From assembly GCA_044231675.1 (NCBI GenBank), contig CM094664.1, forward strand, positions 14,168,162 through 14,232,161: a stretch of DNA of 64,000 bases, given 5' to 3'. The notes beneath the pieces are model-generated. The model searched no databases and was not told the origin of the DNA. It worked only from the letters and a program-made list of their open reading frames with translations. The translations under genes were made by a program, and so were the position numbers. This document shows positions 42,239 to 54,003 of the stretch, in pieces. The DNA comes from Synchiropus picturatus (Eukaryota). The stretch's first letter is position 1. Each line of letters opens with the position of its first letter.

Positions 42239-42454
42239 ACTCTGAGGCGCTGGACCCGGACCTGACCCGTCTGGCCTCGCTGGGCTTCACCGGCTGTCTG
42301 TCAGTGGTCAACTTCAACTCTGTCAGTCCCCTGAAGGCTGCTCTGCTCCACCCGGACAGCAGCCCCGTCGTCCTCACGGGGCCCCTGGTCCAGTCCAGCT
42401 GCGGGTCCTCGGGGGCCGGTGACCCCTACTCTGCGGAGAACGTCCACCGACTGT
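42239..42454 (+). CDS. cntnap2: CNTNAP-like exon 22: LamG4 end (DSEALDPDLTRLASLGFTGCLSVVNFNSVSPLKAALLHPDSSPVVLTGPLVQSSCG...ENVHRLS)
   Basis: Matches Caspr2 [56 protein letters not shown]. tccAG acceptor, GTAAAA donor. Confidence 0.85.
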
Positions 42455-43065
42455 CAGGTAAAACCTCAATTTAGATGTTGCAAGTCCTCCAAGACTTGGA
42501 GCTGTGGCCCCACAGATCTATGAGGAGCTCATCCTTTGGGGGTGTGAATGACCCCTGGGAGGCTGCATGTCCCCTCAGACAGGCTGTGATAATGGGTCCT
42601 CCTGAACCAATCCTTGAGGTCTAAGGTCCAAGAATGTGGGGTTACCAGGCCGGTGCATCAAAGTTTGAGGAGTCATGAGAAACACCAAGCAATTGAAATT
42701 GAAACCAAAGCTAAAGCTCAAGGTTCCTTACATTTTTGAGCTCAATCCAGAACTGTGGTGCTCCCACGGGTCCCCACAAGCCCCAGCCACAAGCCCCTGG
42801 ATTCCACCTGAGTCATCCAGGAGGTTCACCAAGCTCCATGTCCAGAATCTTGCTCCAAACCCTGGTACAGAGCATTCAGTTTCTGGCCCCAGCTGCGTGA
42901 AGTTCAGCTGCAGTGGTTTTGCTCTGCTCTCCGCTCTTCTCCCGACCAAGGTGACGTGGAGAGCAGCAACACAACCGCTCAGATCTGATGAGTCCATGTA
43001 GACCTTTATCTACCTTCACCTCAGATTTTCTCCTGCTCTTCTCATTCTCCTCCTCTCTGCTGTAG

Positions 43066-43137
43066 ACCAGTCGGGGTCTCTGGGTTCAGGTCAACCTCTA
43101 GTCAATGCCATGAGGACCGACTCTGCTCTGATTGGAG
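43066..43137 (+). CDS. cntnap2: CNTNAP-like exon 23: juxtamembrane segment (DQSGSLGSGQPLVNAMRTDSALIG)
   Basis: Matches Caspr2 ...TNAVRSDSAVIGG. tgtAG acceptor, GTACTG donor. Confidence 0.8.
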
Positions 43138-43268
43138 GTACTGAACCGTTCTCTGCTATTCTCCCTCGTACATGTAGAACCCTGCCTCTGTTGGTTCTCT
43201 CTCAGATGATTTTGATTCAAAACTCTCAACGTCATTGGAGTGTCAACACCTCGACTGTTTCCCTGCAG

Positions 43269-43465
43269 GAATCATCGCCGTGGTCATCTTCGTGACTCTG
43301 ACCGCTCTGGCCGTCGCCGCCAGGTTCCTGTACCGGAGGAAAGAGACGTATCGGACCCAGGAGGTGAAGGAGGTCCAGCCGGAGGACAGCCAGGAGTTCC
43401 CCTTCAACAACCAGACGGAGCCCCAGAACCCCCACAGGCAAAACCCAAAGGAGTATTTTATTTGA
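43269..43465 (+). CDS. cntnap2: CNTNAP-like exon 24: transmembrane helix plus cytoplasmic tail (GIIAVVIFVTLTALAVAARFLYRRKETYRTQEVKEVQPEDSQEFPFNNQTEPQNPHRQNPKEYFI-stop)
   Basis: Hydrophobic TM helix followed by a juxtamembrane RFLY..K basic patch, as in Caspr2. The C-terminal KEYFI matches the Caspr2 PDZ-binding end. TGA stop at 43463-43465. Confidence 0.9.
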
Positions 43466-45639
43466 CGTGGCCTCAGGACACTGCACGGACGGTGGACAGC
43501 AAAACTGTTGTACATTCACACGCAGTGAAGATTGGAGTGTAAATACTGAACCACCTTTACGTCCTGGTACGATCCTGGGGCGACATGTTGCTGTGTTTTT
43601 AAGATAAAGACAGGGACGGACGATGCTTCTGTGGAACACACGGGGAAACCAACGCTGCGTCGCGTGATGGACACTTGACGTTCACACACAGGTGTTTCAG
43701 AAATGTCACACTCATGAACTGTCCTTGCTTGTCTAGTCCAAACATTACGGTACGGAATCTTAAATAACTGCACCTTTATAAAAGCTTTTATTGTGGCTAA
43801 CAGCGAGGCTAGTTCCGCAACTCAAGTAGACAAGCAACTGCGACGTGTCATTTGTCATACTCTGACAGGAAAGAAAGAAACTTTACGATGTAAATGCGAT
43901 CAACTTTCTTGCTCCTCTCTTTTAGACATTAAGGGCGTTTCCGATAAAGGATAACTCAGTCAAGCTAGTTGTTGAAAAAGTAAGATCATATTTGTGTAAA
44001 GTTTTGCTTGATTAGCTTTGTGGCTAATAGGTGTTAGCACCGTAAACCCTGGAAAAGACAAGCAATGAAATAAGGAACGTGTCCTTGAAGGTGTTTTATA
44101 CTGAAGTCATGTTCAAAAGAAAAGACGATGAAATGTATGTGGATTTCAATATTTGTGAATTCTGTTGTGTCAGTTTTCTTTCTTGTCTACTCCAGACATT
44201 ACGGTTAAGAATACTTTCATGGGTAAACGCACCGACTCCCCACCAAAACAGTTGTTACCAAAATGCTGTGAATAGACGCGCGAGAAAGATCGGCTGGTTT
44301 CTAGGCGCAGAAGTCGTGTTCCCGCCTGGAAACTTTTCTTTTCTACCTATTTTATATTAAAATGTGGAGTAAAGTCTTCTCGGTGAGTCTGCTCTGATTC
44401 TTCTCCGCAGTTCTCATCTCGGGATTCGGCTCACAACAGTGAGGCCCGGGACTAGTGCTGCTGTTTGAAATGCTAAACTGCATCAGGAGACGAAGCTGCG
44501 ATCTAAATCAGGAAGTTTGCTTTCTTCTGAGAAGTTGCTGGAAGAAGGACGTGACGTTGGCCCGCTAACGTGCTAACAGCTCGACCAAAGACCATTTCAT
44601 CTTTTACACTGAGGAGATTTTAGCTCCTCTGTCGAGTGTTTTATTTCCTTTTCCACCTTCACTTTCACTCTCGACAGAAGCGGTCTGTAGCTCAACCTTC
44701 CCGGAGGCTGCTGGAGGCAGAGTCTGGAGGCTGGACTGCATCACGTACACCAGACATGAAGAAGCACTTGAACACCCTGCGGAGCTCAGGGAGGTGGGTG
44801 GGAGGGAACCTGCTCGCAAACTACCACTTCCATAAAGGCTTCTGCTCTCACTAAAACCTGCTGAGTCACCGCGACGAAGGACTTACAATGCTAATTAGCA
44901 TTAGCTAGCTGTACAATAGCAAGCATATCCATGATAAATTCTCAGTAAGACATGAATATATATGTTCAGTCTGAGTTCATAAACTGACCAGAACTTGGTT
45001 TACGAACTGTTCTTCAGTTTGCAAACACAACTCAGTGTTCCTGCATTGCTCTTCAGCAGCTGTGCTCTCTTGTCTCCAGCCCGTCCCGGCTGGGTGTTGG
45101 CCGTTACGGCGTCACTTCTTCTTCCTCGAGAGCAGCTCCGCTTCCAATTTAGCTCCTATGTGCTGCAACGCTGACATCTGTTTTGATGCCAAATGCTAAT
45201 GAGGCGCAGAAACGGGAGACTAAAGGGCGACGGGGGAGCACGAGTCTTTCTTCTCTTATCTCCTCTTTTGAATCAGATCAACAGCTTCGCCGTTCGCCAT
45301 CAGATGCTGCAGATGTTGTTTACCAGCCAGAATGTCGAGGAGCTTATCAGATTCTCACCAGGGGTTTCAAGGAGCGCCCCCTGCTGGACTGTGCATAAAT
45401 CTCAATTATAGATCTGAGGAAGAACTTTCATGAGCGCCACTGAAATGTGGCCAAAACGTGTCATCAAATACAGACTCCATTTTAGCATCCGCTTCCTCTG
45501 TTGGATCGTAAGTCGGATTTCCTTATCCGATTACACCTCCACTTTCAAAAGAACACAACTAGTGTTAAGCAAAACAAGGAGCACCGTACAGCCAAGTTAA
45601 CATGCACATATTGACGTTTACCGTGCCTCCATCTTACGT

Positions 45640-46350
45640 CGAAACAACGAAAGACAACACTTCACAAGTTGTAACTTTGAAACTCAAGATGTCAGAAGTT
45701 CGAACATTTAAAGTCTGAACATCGGAAGTCAAAACATCGGGAGTCAAAGTACGTTTGGACGTTGACGCTTCAGAAGTCGAAACATTGTTGGTCAAGGTGA
45801 CAGAAGTTGAAACTTTGGAATTCGAGATAGATTGTTGGATGACAAAACATCGGCATAATTCAAAACATCGGTATTGAAAATGTCGAAGTTGAGATGTTAC
45901 ATGTTGTACGTTGACACTTTGGAAGTCGACGTGTCAGGTACTTCAGAAATCTACATGTCAGAAGTTGAAACATTGCAGTTGAATCAATCAAAGACAACAC
46001 TTCACAAATTGAAACATCGGAAGTCAAGAAGTCAAAACATTGGGAGTCAAAGTATGTTTGGACTTTGACACAACAGAAGTCGAAACATTGTCAGTCAAAG
46101 TGACAGATGGTGAAACTTTGAATTCAAGATGTCAGAAGTCGGAATGTTGGATATTGAAACGTCGGAAGTCAAAACATCGGCACTGAAAATGTCGGAAGTT
46201 GAGATGTTACAAAATCAGACTTTTTGGACAAGTCGAAACAGAAGTCGACATGTCAGTTACGTCAAAAATCAACATGTCAGAAGTTGATTCGTCAGAAGTC
46301 AAAATGTCGGAAGTTGATACATCGGAAGACACTTCAGTAGAGGAAACAGT
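45640..46350. repeat. Complex satellite-like tandem repeat with 15-20 bp motifs (GTCAGAAGTTGAAAC / CATCGGAAGTCAAAAC), organised as two copies of a higher-order unit of about 330 bp
   Basis: Copy 1 is about 45640-45960 and copy 2 about 45965-46300, visibly collinear (aaagacaacacttcacaa...catcggaagtcaa...gtcaaagt...cagaagtcgaaacattg...gtgaaactttgaattc). Confidence 0.8.
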
Positions 46351-47049
46351 GTAGGTCAAAATGGCGTAGGTTAAAGTCAGTCGAAACATCGTCAACGAAA
46401 ACACCAGTAGCTGAGTGTCGCACATTTGCACGTCTACATTGAAATGAAGACATTGGAGAGAAGACTGGACCTGGATCACCCTCCGCTGCTGAAGAAGACG
46501 CCATTTAAACTGCTCGACATTGTGACAAAGTTGTGCGGCCCTGAAAAGTCGAACCAACAATCCTGCTGTTGCTTCCGTCCGTGGACGTTTCTGGCAGAAG
46601 TCTAATTTCATTTGTGGAGAATTCCATTTTGCCTTTTCCATCTCGGCGTCTTCACCTCGGATTAAGTGAACGTCTTCAGGTGAAACATTAAATATAGAAA
46701 ATAAATCTCTCATGAATAATTCATCCACAAATGCATCGACGTGAACCTCCATGTTTTCCCACTATAATTTTCCCACCGGGCACATTAGCGCTCGGGTTTT
46801 TTTAGGCAGCTCTGTGGGAGTAAAACCACAAGTGTGGGGCGGCTGGTGCGAGCGGATCAGCGCCCTGAGCTGCAGAGATGAGTCGCCTTGATGGCATCAT
46901 TTGCATTTCCCCCTCAGATAATTGCAGCGTCAAAATATTTGCTAATGTGCCGACGAAGTGCGAATCAGCAGGAAGGCTCTGCTTTCACGAGGCTCGGAGC
47001 GAAACCATCATCAACGTTCTCGAAAATGACAGCGTTCATTTGGTTTCCG

Positions 47050-47560
47050 ATGATGAAACTCACGACTCACGACGGTGTTGCTCAGAGGCCGCAGCACTGA
47101 CCACTGCCCCACCGCGCTGCCAGTCTCGCTCATCTCAAACTAAGACACTTGAAGAGTCCGTCTCGTTCTTTATAAGATTCCGGCGCTGGAACTCGCCCCG
47201 ACTGGGCTCCGTGGAGCGAGACCAAAGTCATTTTTCATTCGCCCACCGTCGATTTTGAAAGGCCCGAACAAAAACAGCTCCTCCGTCCGAGCGCGGCGAG
47301 GAATCGGTCTCTGTCTCGTGCCGCTCAGATTCTTGTAAACTAATAATCCATCATGGCGCGGCGACCTTGGGGCAGCGTGCGGCACGGATACAAAGTGAGT
47401 AATAGCACGGAGGAGGGGACGACCTTTAACACCCGGCTGGACCGCCGCGCTGCCCGCCCTGAATATGGATGAGCGGAGATATGGATCCAGGCGGGACGTG
47501 GTGGCGGAGCTGGGTACTAACAAACCTGAACAGAAGAGTCCAGGTCTGCAGTGAGACGCG
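47050..47560 (+). promoter_or_regulatory. CpG-island-like block with TATA-like TTTATAAG (47169-47176), octamer ATTTGCAT (46899-46906) and a candidate first exon ATG-GCG...AAAG|GTGAGT (47353-47395, peptide MARRPWGSVRHGYK)
   Basis: High CpG density. ATG in catcATGg Kozak context, followed 43 nt later by a consensus GTGAGT donor. No downstream coding exons identified. Confidence 0.3.
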
Positions 47561-49860
47561 CCGCTGCTGCGGATGTTGACCTCTTTGCTTTTGAAGTCAC
47601 TGAGATCCGGGTGATGAAACACAAGACGGTCGACTTTCTGGAAGCACCTGAGAGATGTTAGCATTAGCAACGTTAGCATCACAGTCCACCACACTCTTTT
47701 TTTAAAATCTACAATAAAGAAGCCCAACAAAAGTTTGAAATTCTGGAGCTGAAGTGCATAAATACATTTTTAAAATAGATTGACAGAAGAAACCTCTATG
47801 TATGCTGTAAGTTTGTTATTTTTTTCTTTCTAAGTTGATTTTAGCTGTGTTTTTTGGGACTGTTTTTCATTATTTATTCATTGTTTGTATTGTTTAAAAT
47901 TATATATATATTTTTTTTTCAATGCCTATTTAAGAAAAAAAAATATATATATATTATATTTTCGCTGTTGTCCCAGTTAATTGTTGAATTAACTTATTTT
48001 TTCTTGCTTTATTATTTATTTAGATTTAGATTTAGATTAGATTATTTTTTTAGATTTCTGCGATGATCAGCATTGGTTATAAAAATAATACAAATTAAAA
48101 AAAAGGTGGAAATATAAAATATCAATAAATGGCAGAAATGTACAAAAGAACCATCAATAAATAAATATAATATTCAAAAATCTCAGCAGTTATGGAATTT
48201 TATATTTCATATTGATTTTTTCAAGGTTTATTATTTTTTTTCTTTGTTTTTATTTTATCCATTTTGTTGTGGGTTACTTATTATTTATTTTGTGGTTGGA
48301 AAATTAAAAATAAAAATAAAAAATAGGCCATGTTTTGCCAATAACTTGTCTCCATTCGATCCAGTTGACGTCTTCAGTTTACCTCAAATTCTGTTCTCTT
48401 TTTTGACTTGTCACAACAATCGTATTCATGATTTAAAGCTACATTCTTTCAATATCTTTTGCCGGTGACTCGACAATTATTGAGTCTGACTCGAGTCGTT
48501 GGTGCGCTCATATAGCCCAAATAGTCTAAAAGAAGCCAAATGAGTTTTGAGCTGCATCATTTGCTCTTCAGCAAACGTCTCCAGGGAGCTCTAAATCCGC
48601 CCTCTGCTCTCCTTCACTTCTCCTGGACATAAATGAGTGAAAGTAAACGGCTGCGGGATCCTGAGGTGAAGAGTTTCCCGCCATGATTTCCCCGGAGTCC
48701 CGCAGCTCCTAATTTTGCGCCGGCCGGGTCATTCCGGTGCACTTGTCAGACCTTCTCACGGCTGGAGATATACGGCGGCGGCGGCGCCCCCTGCGCCCGC
48801 AGCGCTCCAATAACCGCAGCTCTCATATGTTTCCTTGTAAAACCGCATCAATACGTAATTTACTTTTCTATTCCAGGACTCGTAAAACTCTCACACCTTC
48901 ACCGCCGCCCTCCTTCAGCTCGGTTCTCCAGAGAGTCTCAGGTACAGAGGCGCTTTAAACTGACAGCCACCTGCCTGAAGGGGTTAGCTAAGTTGCTAAC
49001 TGCTGTGATGCTAACAAATGTTACGCGTATAAACGTTTGTTTCCACTGTAGCCATTAGGTTGCTCTTCCACTCAGCTCGGGCGGCACCGAGGTTCTGACA
49101 GTCCAAGCCTGTCTGTGTCTCTTGTTTTCAGCTCAGTGTTCCTCGACTGATCTGAGGATCTGCGGAGAAGAGACGCTCTCCTTCATTACCAGCATCACGC
49201 CGCCTGTCTGGAGCCGCCGTCGCGGATCATTAGCTCGGAGAATAATGACGCACAAACACACTGTTTGCTTCTGAGGAGCGCTGTCATCCATCAAAATTCC
49301 TCGCCAGCTCAAGTTGATGGAGAAGATGATTCATTAAAGCAGATTCGACTGTGAAGGTTCATGCACGGCGCGTTGTCACCCGCCACTCTTCACGGAGCGA
49401 CTTCCCATCATGCACCTCACCCGCCGCGCTCAGAAAACAAGAGCTCAAACATGTCGCCGTCCGCGTGACCTCCATCTGCGGATGTTTCAGGCAGAAGCTT
49501 CAAACTTTTCTCCGTCAAAGATTCAACATTGTGATGTTCAAACGACTCGACAGATGCCAAACTTGTCAGGTGATTAGCCGACGAGTCGTTGCTGGAAACA
49601 ACAAAGAGATGATGTGAGGAAGAGGAGGAGGAAGAGGCTCGCTGCCACGTCGCCGCTCTGCTTGACTATCAGTCGACTGCAGCCGGCAGAGAAGACCAGT
49701 GAAGAAACCAGTGAATCAAAGAATCAGTTCTGCTCAGATGGCGAGCTGCAACACTCTTCTTTGAAGAGTCACTTCCTGTTCCCGTATTTCAGAATAAGGC
49801 TCTGTGTCAGTGTCAGAGCTAATGTGCACGCAGACCAAGCTAAACCTGGATAAAGGTTTG

Positions 49861-50505
49861 AGGACTCACTTGGAGGTGTATGACTCCCCATTTGTTGTCC
49901 TCGAAGTGACTCACTCACAGGTGTGTGACTCTCCATTTCTAGTCCTCGAGGTGACTCACTAGGATGTGTGTGACTCCCCATGTCTAGTGCCTGAAGTGAC
50001 TCGCTTGGAGGTGTGGAACTCCCCATTTGTAGTCCCTGAAGTGACTCACTTGGAGGTGTGTGACTCCCCATTTGTAGTCCTTGAAGTAACTCACTCTGAG
50101 GTGTGGGACTCTCCATTTCTAGTCTTCGAAGTGACTCACTGGGATGTGTGTGACTCCCCATTTGTAGTCCCTGAAGTGACTCACTGGGAGGTGTGTGACT
50201 CCCCATTTGTAGTCCCTGAGGTGAGTCACTGGGAGGTGTGTGACTCCCCATTTGTAGTCCCTGAAGTGAATCACTCGGAGATGTGTTACTCCCCATTTCT
50301 CGTCCTTGAAGTGACTCACTCTGAGGTATATGACTCTGCATATCTAGTCTCTGAAGAGACTCACTCGGAGGTGTGTGACTCCCCATTTGTAGTCCCTGAA
50401 GTGACTCGCTGGGAGGTGTGTGACTCCCCATTTGTAGTCACTGAGGTGAGTCACTTGGAGGTGTGTGACTCACCATTTTATAGTCCCCAAAGTGACCCAA
50501 TCACC
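49861..50505. repeat. 45-bp minisatellite, about 14 tandem copies (consensus GTGACTCACTGGGAGGTGTGTGACTCCCCATTTGTAGTCCCTGAA); unit length is a multiple of 3 and is free of stops in one frame on each strand
   Basis: GTGACTCACT recurs at 49906, 49951, 49996 and 50041, exactly 45 nt apart. ORFs on both strands encode 15-aa repeats (MGSHTPPSESLQGLQ on - and VPEVTHWEVCDSPFV on +). Confidence 0.9.
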
Positions 50506-51599
50506 ACCTCAAAACACAAGTCTGAGTATTCACGAGCTCCATGAGTACTCGCCCCATCCTTCAGAGTGTTTTGAGGCAACCTCACTGAGCTACTCTGACA
50601 CTGACAGTTCCTAGATTCAGATCCACAGACTTGAGTCAATGACTGAGTGACTCAGTGTAGTTACCCACTCAAGCAGCTGGGACTGACGTGCCAAGTCCTG
50701 TTGAGGACTCAAGCAACTCAAGAGGTTGAACTGTGGATTCCAAAAGTCAGGCCGCAGTTGGAGAGAAAAGTGAGTCAGAGTCAGAGGATAATGTGGTTTT
50801 CCGAGATGCAGAGTTGTGGCTCAGTTTATTGGGACACTGCTGGGACTCCAGTGGCTCTGCTCTGACTCCCCTGAGACAATGAAGGGAGCCAGCGATCCGT
50901 CAGCGGTCGGGGGAGTGAAGGTCACTTCTAGCCGGGAGATCTCAGCGAGGAGCACGGCAGGAACTGGGAGAGATCCATCACTCGCCGCGCAAATTGGAAA
51001 GAAACTTCAGGAAGACAAAGTGGAAGTTGGGAATATTTCACCTTGAGTGTCTCCTCCTCGTCGTTCTTTCATGGCGGTTGGTATCTCCGTCCCGACTCTC
51101 CGCCGGCGGCGTCTCGTCTTCGCTGCCTCCGCCAGACGTCATTTGAGTCATTTGTTCACAAGCTCCTCTCAGAGTCAGAGAGAGAGAGTCCATACAGAGT
51201 TTGTCTTTTAATGTGGGAAATGTTTTACCCGCTCGCCAAAGTTCAGACTCACTGACTCGTCCACTTTTTTTTTTTTTTTAAACAAGCATAACACAAGTTT
51301 GTTTTGAAGTTTGCGTCCAGGAACTCGAGTCACTCTGGCTCTACACATATGCCTGAGTCGCCTCATTCCGTGAGTCAGAAGCGGTTCCTGTTTGTGCCTC
51401 CAGTGATGTCACTGTTGATGTAGCGCACAGATTGTAAAACACCGGCGTGACCCCATACCGTACGACCAGACGTTCCTGTTCCTGTATTTCAGAATAAGAG
51501 AATGTTGATCTTTCAGACTGGCAGTGACCAAATGTGAGCTAAACTGAGAAGATAAAGAGGTGAATATGGGGCGACTTGGTTCAAGTCGAGACACAAGTT

Positions 51600-52340
51600 A
51601 TGAACGTAGCAGTGCAGAGTCACAGCAGGAAGACGGAGAACAGTGTTCGGATCCAAGCGAGGCTTCCTTCGGGGAGTTTTCGTAACAAACAAAGGAGGCC
51701 GGCGGTGTCCTGCAGCGCCTCCTCTCTGTCTGACCTGGCGACACGGGTCAGAGGAGCAGATTGTTTTGGAGGCTGCAGAAGAAAATGAAAACCGTCTGAT
51801 AACTCGCAGTCGACCTGCAGAACATAATTGGTTTTGCTGCCCGAGGAGCCCGAACGCTGATGGACACTTCTGGAGAGGAGGAGGGCCGGCGAGGACCCGG
51901 CTCTGAGGTGCGGCGGGCCGGGCCCCGGGGCTCCTCGCTCAGCTTTAGCTTGAGCCTCTGAGCGGCGCTGATATTCTGACACGTGCGTTTAGCCTGAATT
52001 ATTGATGGGGGCGGCGGCAGAAGTGGGTCGGCGCGAAGCGGCGGGAGGACGCGGGCTGCTCTGCGGACGGGAACCGACTCGGGCTCGTGTGAGTCAGAGA
52101 GAGGAGGCTAATGAGCTGCGGCGGGAAGCTAATAACTTCTGCTAAAGTTTGTAAAAGCTGCAACTTTGAATAAAGCTTTCCGCTAACGACTCGGCAGCGG
52201 CAAACCACCGCCTCATCGTGCCGCTAACGGCTTTTTAATGATGTTTACTGACGAAGCTCTGGAAAAGTCCACCGACGACACACGCAGCTTCAGCGTGCTG
52301 CGGGGCCCAGGGGCCTCCGGCGGCCCCTGACTCTGCTACT
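51600..52340. promoter_or_regulatory. CpG-island-like block in the intergenic region (candidate promoter of an unannotated, possibly noncoding, transcript)
   Basis: Dense CG dinucleotides and GC-rich (gcggcgggccgggccccggggctcc...). No recognisable coding exon nearby. Confidence 0.3.
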
Positions 52341-53786
52341 GCTTTATCGACGTCTCAGATAGAAGAGCAACACACTCACTGCTCACAGAAACCAAGAGCT
52401 CAAATATACAAATGTAAATAACTCAAATACATGTTTAAAAAATGAAGGGAAAAGTCAATCAATCAATATTTCATTTATCATTCAATAAACTGGAACAGTT
52501 TTGATTAATTTTGGAATTTAGATGACATTACCTTCTCAGACGTTGGATAGGTATTGACATATTTACGTTAATTTTGCCTCTTGTTTTCAACAGTAATAAT
52601 TCTTAATATGAATCAAATTTCAAGTTTCAAGTTTTCTAACTGTCATATCAGTTTCTCTGTTTTTGTGACGCTTATGTTTGAGTATTACATTTTGCATGGT
52701 TTCCTCTGTTGCCTTTGATTTACTTTCATACTTAGTTTCAAAAAAATGAAAATGATTGTCTTATCAAACATGACAGAGGAGATGGACTTGAAAATTGTCA
52801 CTAGTTCAAAGGTCTGAATTAAGCACTTTATATATATATATATATATAATGTATATATAATAAAAAAAACTCAGGTTTAAATATATATATATGTATACAC
52901 AGTATACATAGTGTAGAAAACTCAATTACAGTTTTAAAAAATGCATATATCTTCTAAAAAAAATGAGTCTCACGGTCACAGTCAAATTTTATGAACAAAT
53001 TCATGTAATTGTTTAAAAAAAAGATCCAGATTCTGACTTGAATGTCTGATTTAAAAAAATCCAAATTTGAATGTTAAAGTAAAGCAGTAAAGCAGTAAAA
53101 GCAGCATTTACCAATAACATGTTTTACATTCAATTCAGTCATAGAAGCAAAACATTCTCAACAAAGTCTGAATTAATGAAGCAGGTCACGTGATGAAAAA
53201 GTCTCAAAGATTTGAGGTCGACACCGTGAACCAAGCCAAACCAAGACATGGAGGAGTGTTCCAAAGCAACGGCCGCCGTCGAGAGCGAGGTCACCAAAGT
53301 TCCTCGCGTAATTGTGACAAACGGCGCCGTAGCTTGGAGGCGTCGCGGCGTGAAATGAGTTTTAATTACTTTCACTGCTGCAGACGGCGAGCGGCCATCT
53401 TGTTGTTGTTGCTGTTGAGATGGTCCGCTTCCGTCTGCGCTCCGTCAACAACATCGCGGCCGCTGACAGCTGCCGAGTGTTGGGCTCCTGTTGACCTGCC
53501 GTCCCCTGGAAAATGGGAATGAAACAGCTTTTTCATTAGCTGTGTTTGACACCCGGGCTCAGAGATGCCACCAAATTAATATTTCAAAGGATTCAAGAAA
53601 GCAGGCATCAAACTGTTTACGACTACAATAACAGGCTACTATAGTCTTCACCTCGGACGCCACCTATTTACACGCCAGCGGCGACCTTGAAGATATATTA
53701 AATCTGTGCTACAAAAACATGCAAAACCAAAATCTTTCTAAAAATACAATATAATCCAGTTAAATTTGGTGAAAAAATTTAACTGG

Positions 53787-53788
<2 letters not shown>

Positions 53789-53825
<37 letters not shown>

Positions 53826-53830
53826 TTTTT
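53789..53830. repeat. (TA)14 followed by a T14 run; a second (TA)10 lies at 52829-52848
   Basis: Direct read. Confidence 0.95.
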
Positions 53831-53988
53831 AAGGAAAAAGAAATATTTATTTAATGATTTTATTTTTAAAGTGTTTAAATTTGTATCACTATTTTATAAA
53901 TGTTTATGTAATAGGAAAAGTTTGAGTTGCTTTTTGGGTAACAGTTTGTAAAGTTTTTACAAACATATCCATGCTGAAGAGGGGTCAC

Positions 53989-54003
53989 GGGGGGGGGGGG
54001 GGG
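53989..54003. repeat. G15 homopolymer
   Basis: Direct read. Confidence 0.95.

Noticed and set aside
47170-47730. 186-aa ORF on the - strand across the intergenic CpG island
   Set aside because: It begins at a non-ATG codon. Its Pro/Arg/Ser-rich translation is typical of CpG-island antisense reading. No domain recognised.
49769-50544. 220-aa (- strand) and 192-aa (+ strand) ORFs
   Set aside because: Both are produced by the 45-bp minisatellite, whose unit is stop-free and a multiple of 3. Kept as a repeat finding, not as CDS.
53989-54003. G15 run as a potential G-quadruplex or regulatory element
   Set aside because: A single homopolymer without flanking G-tracts. More likely a polymerase-slippage or assembly-prone homopolymer than a functional element.
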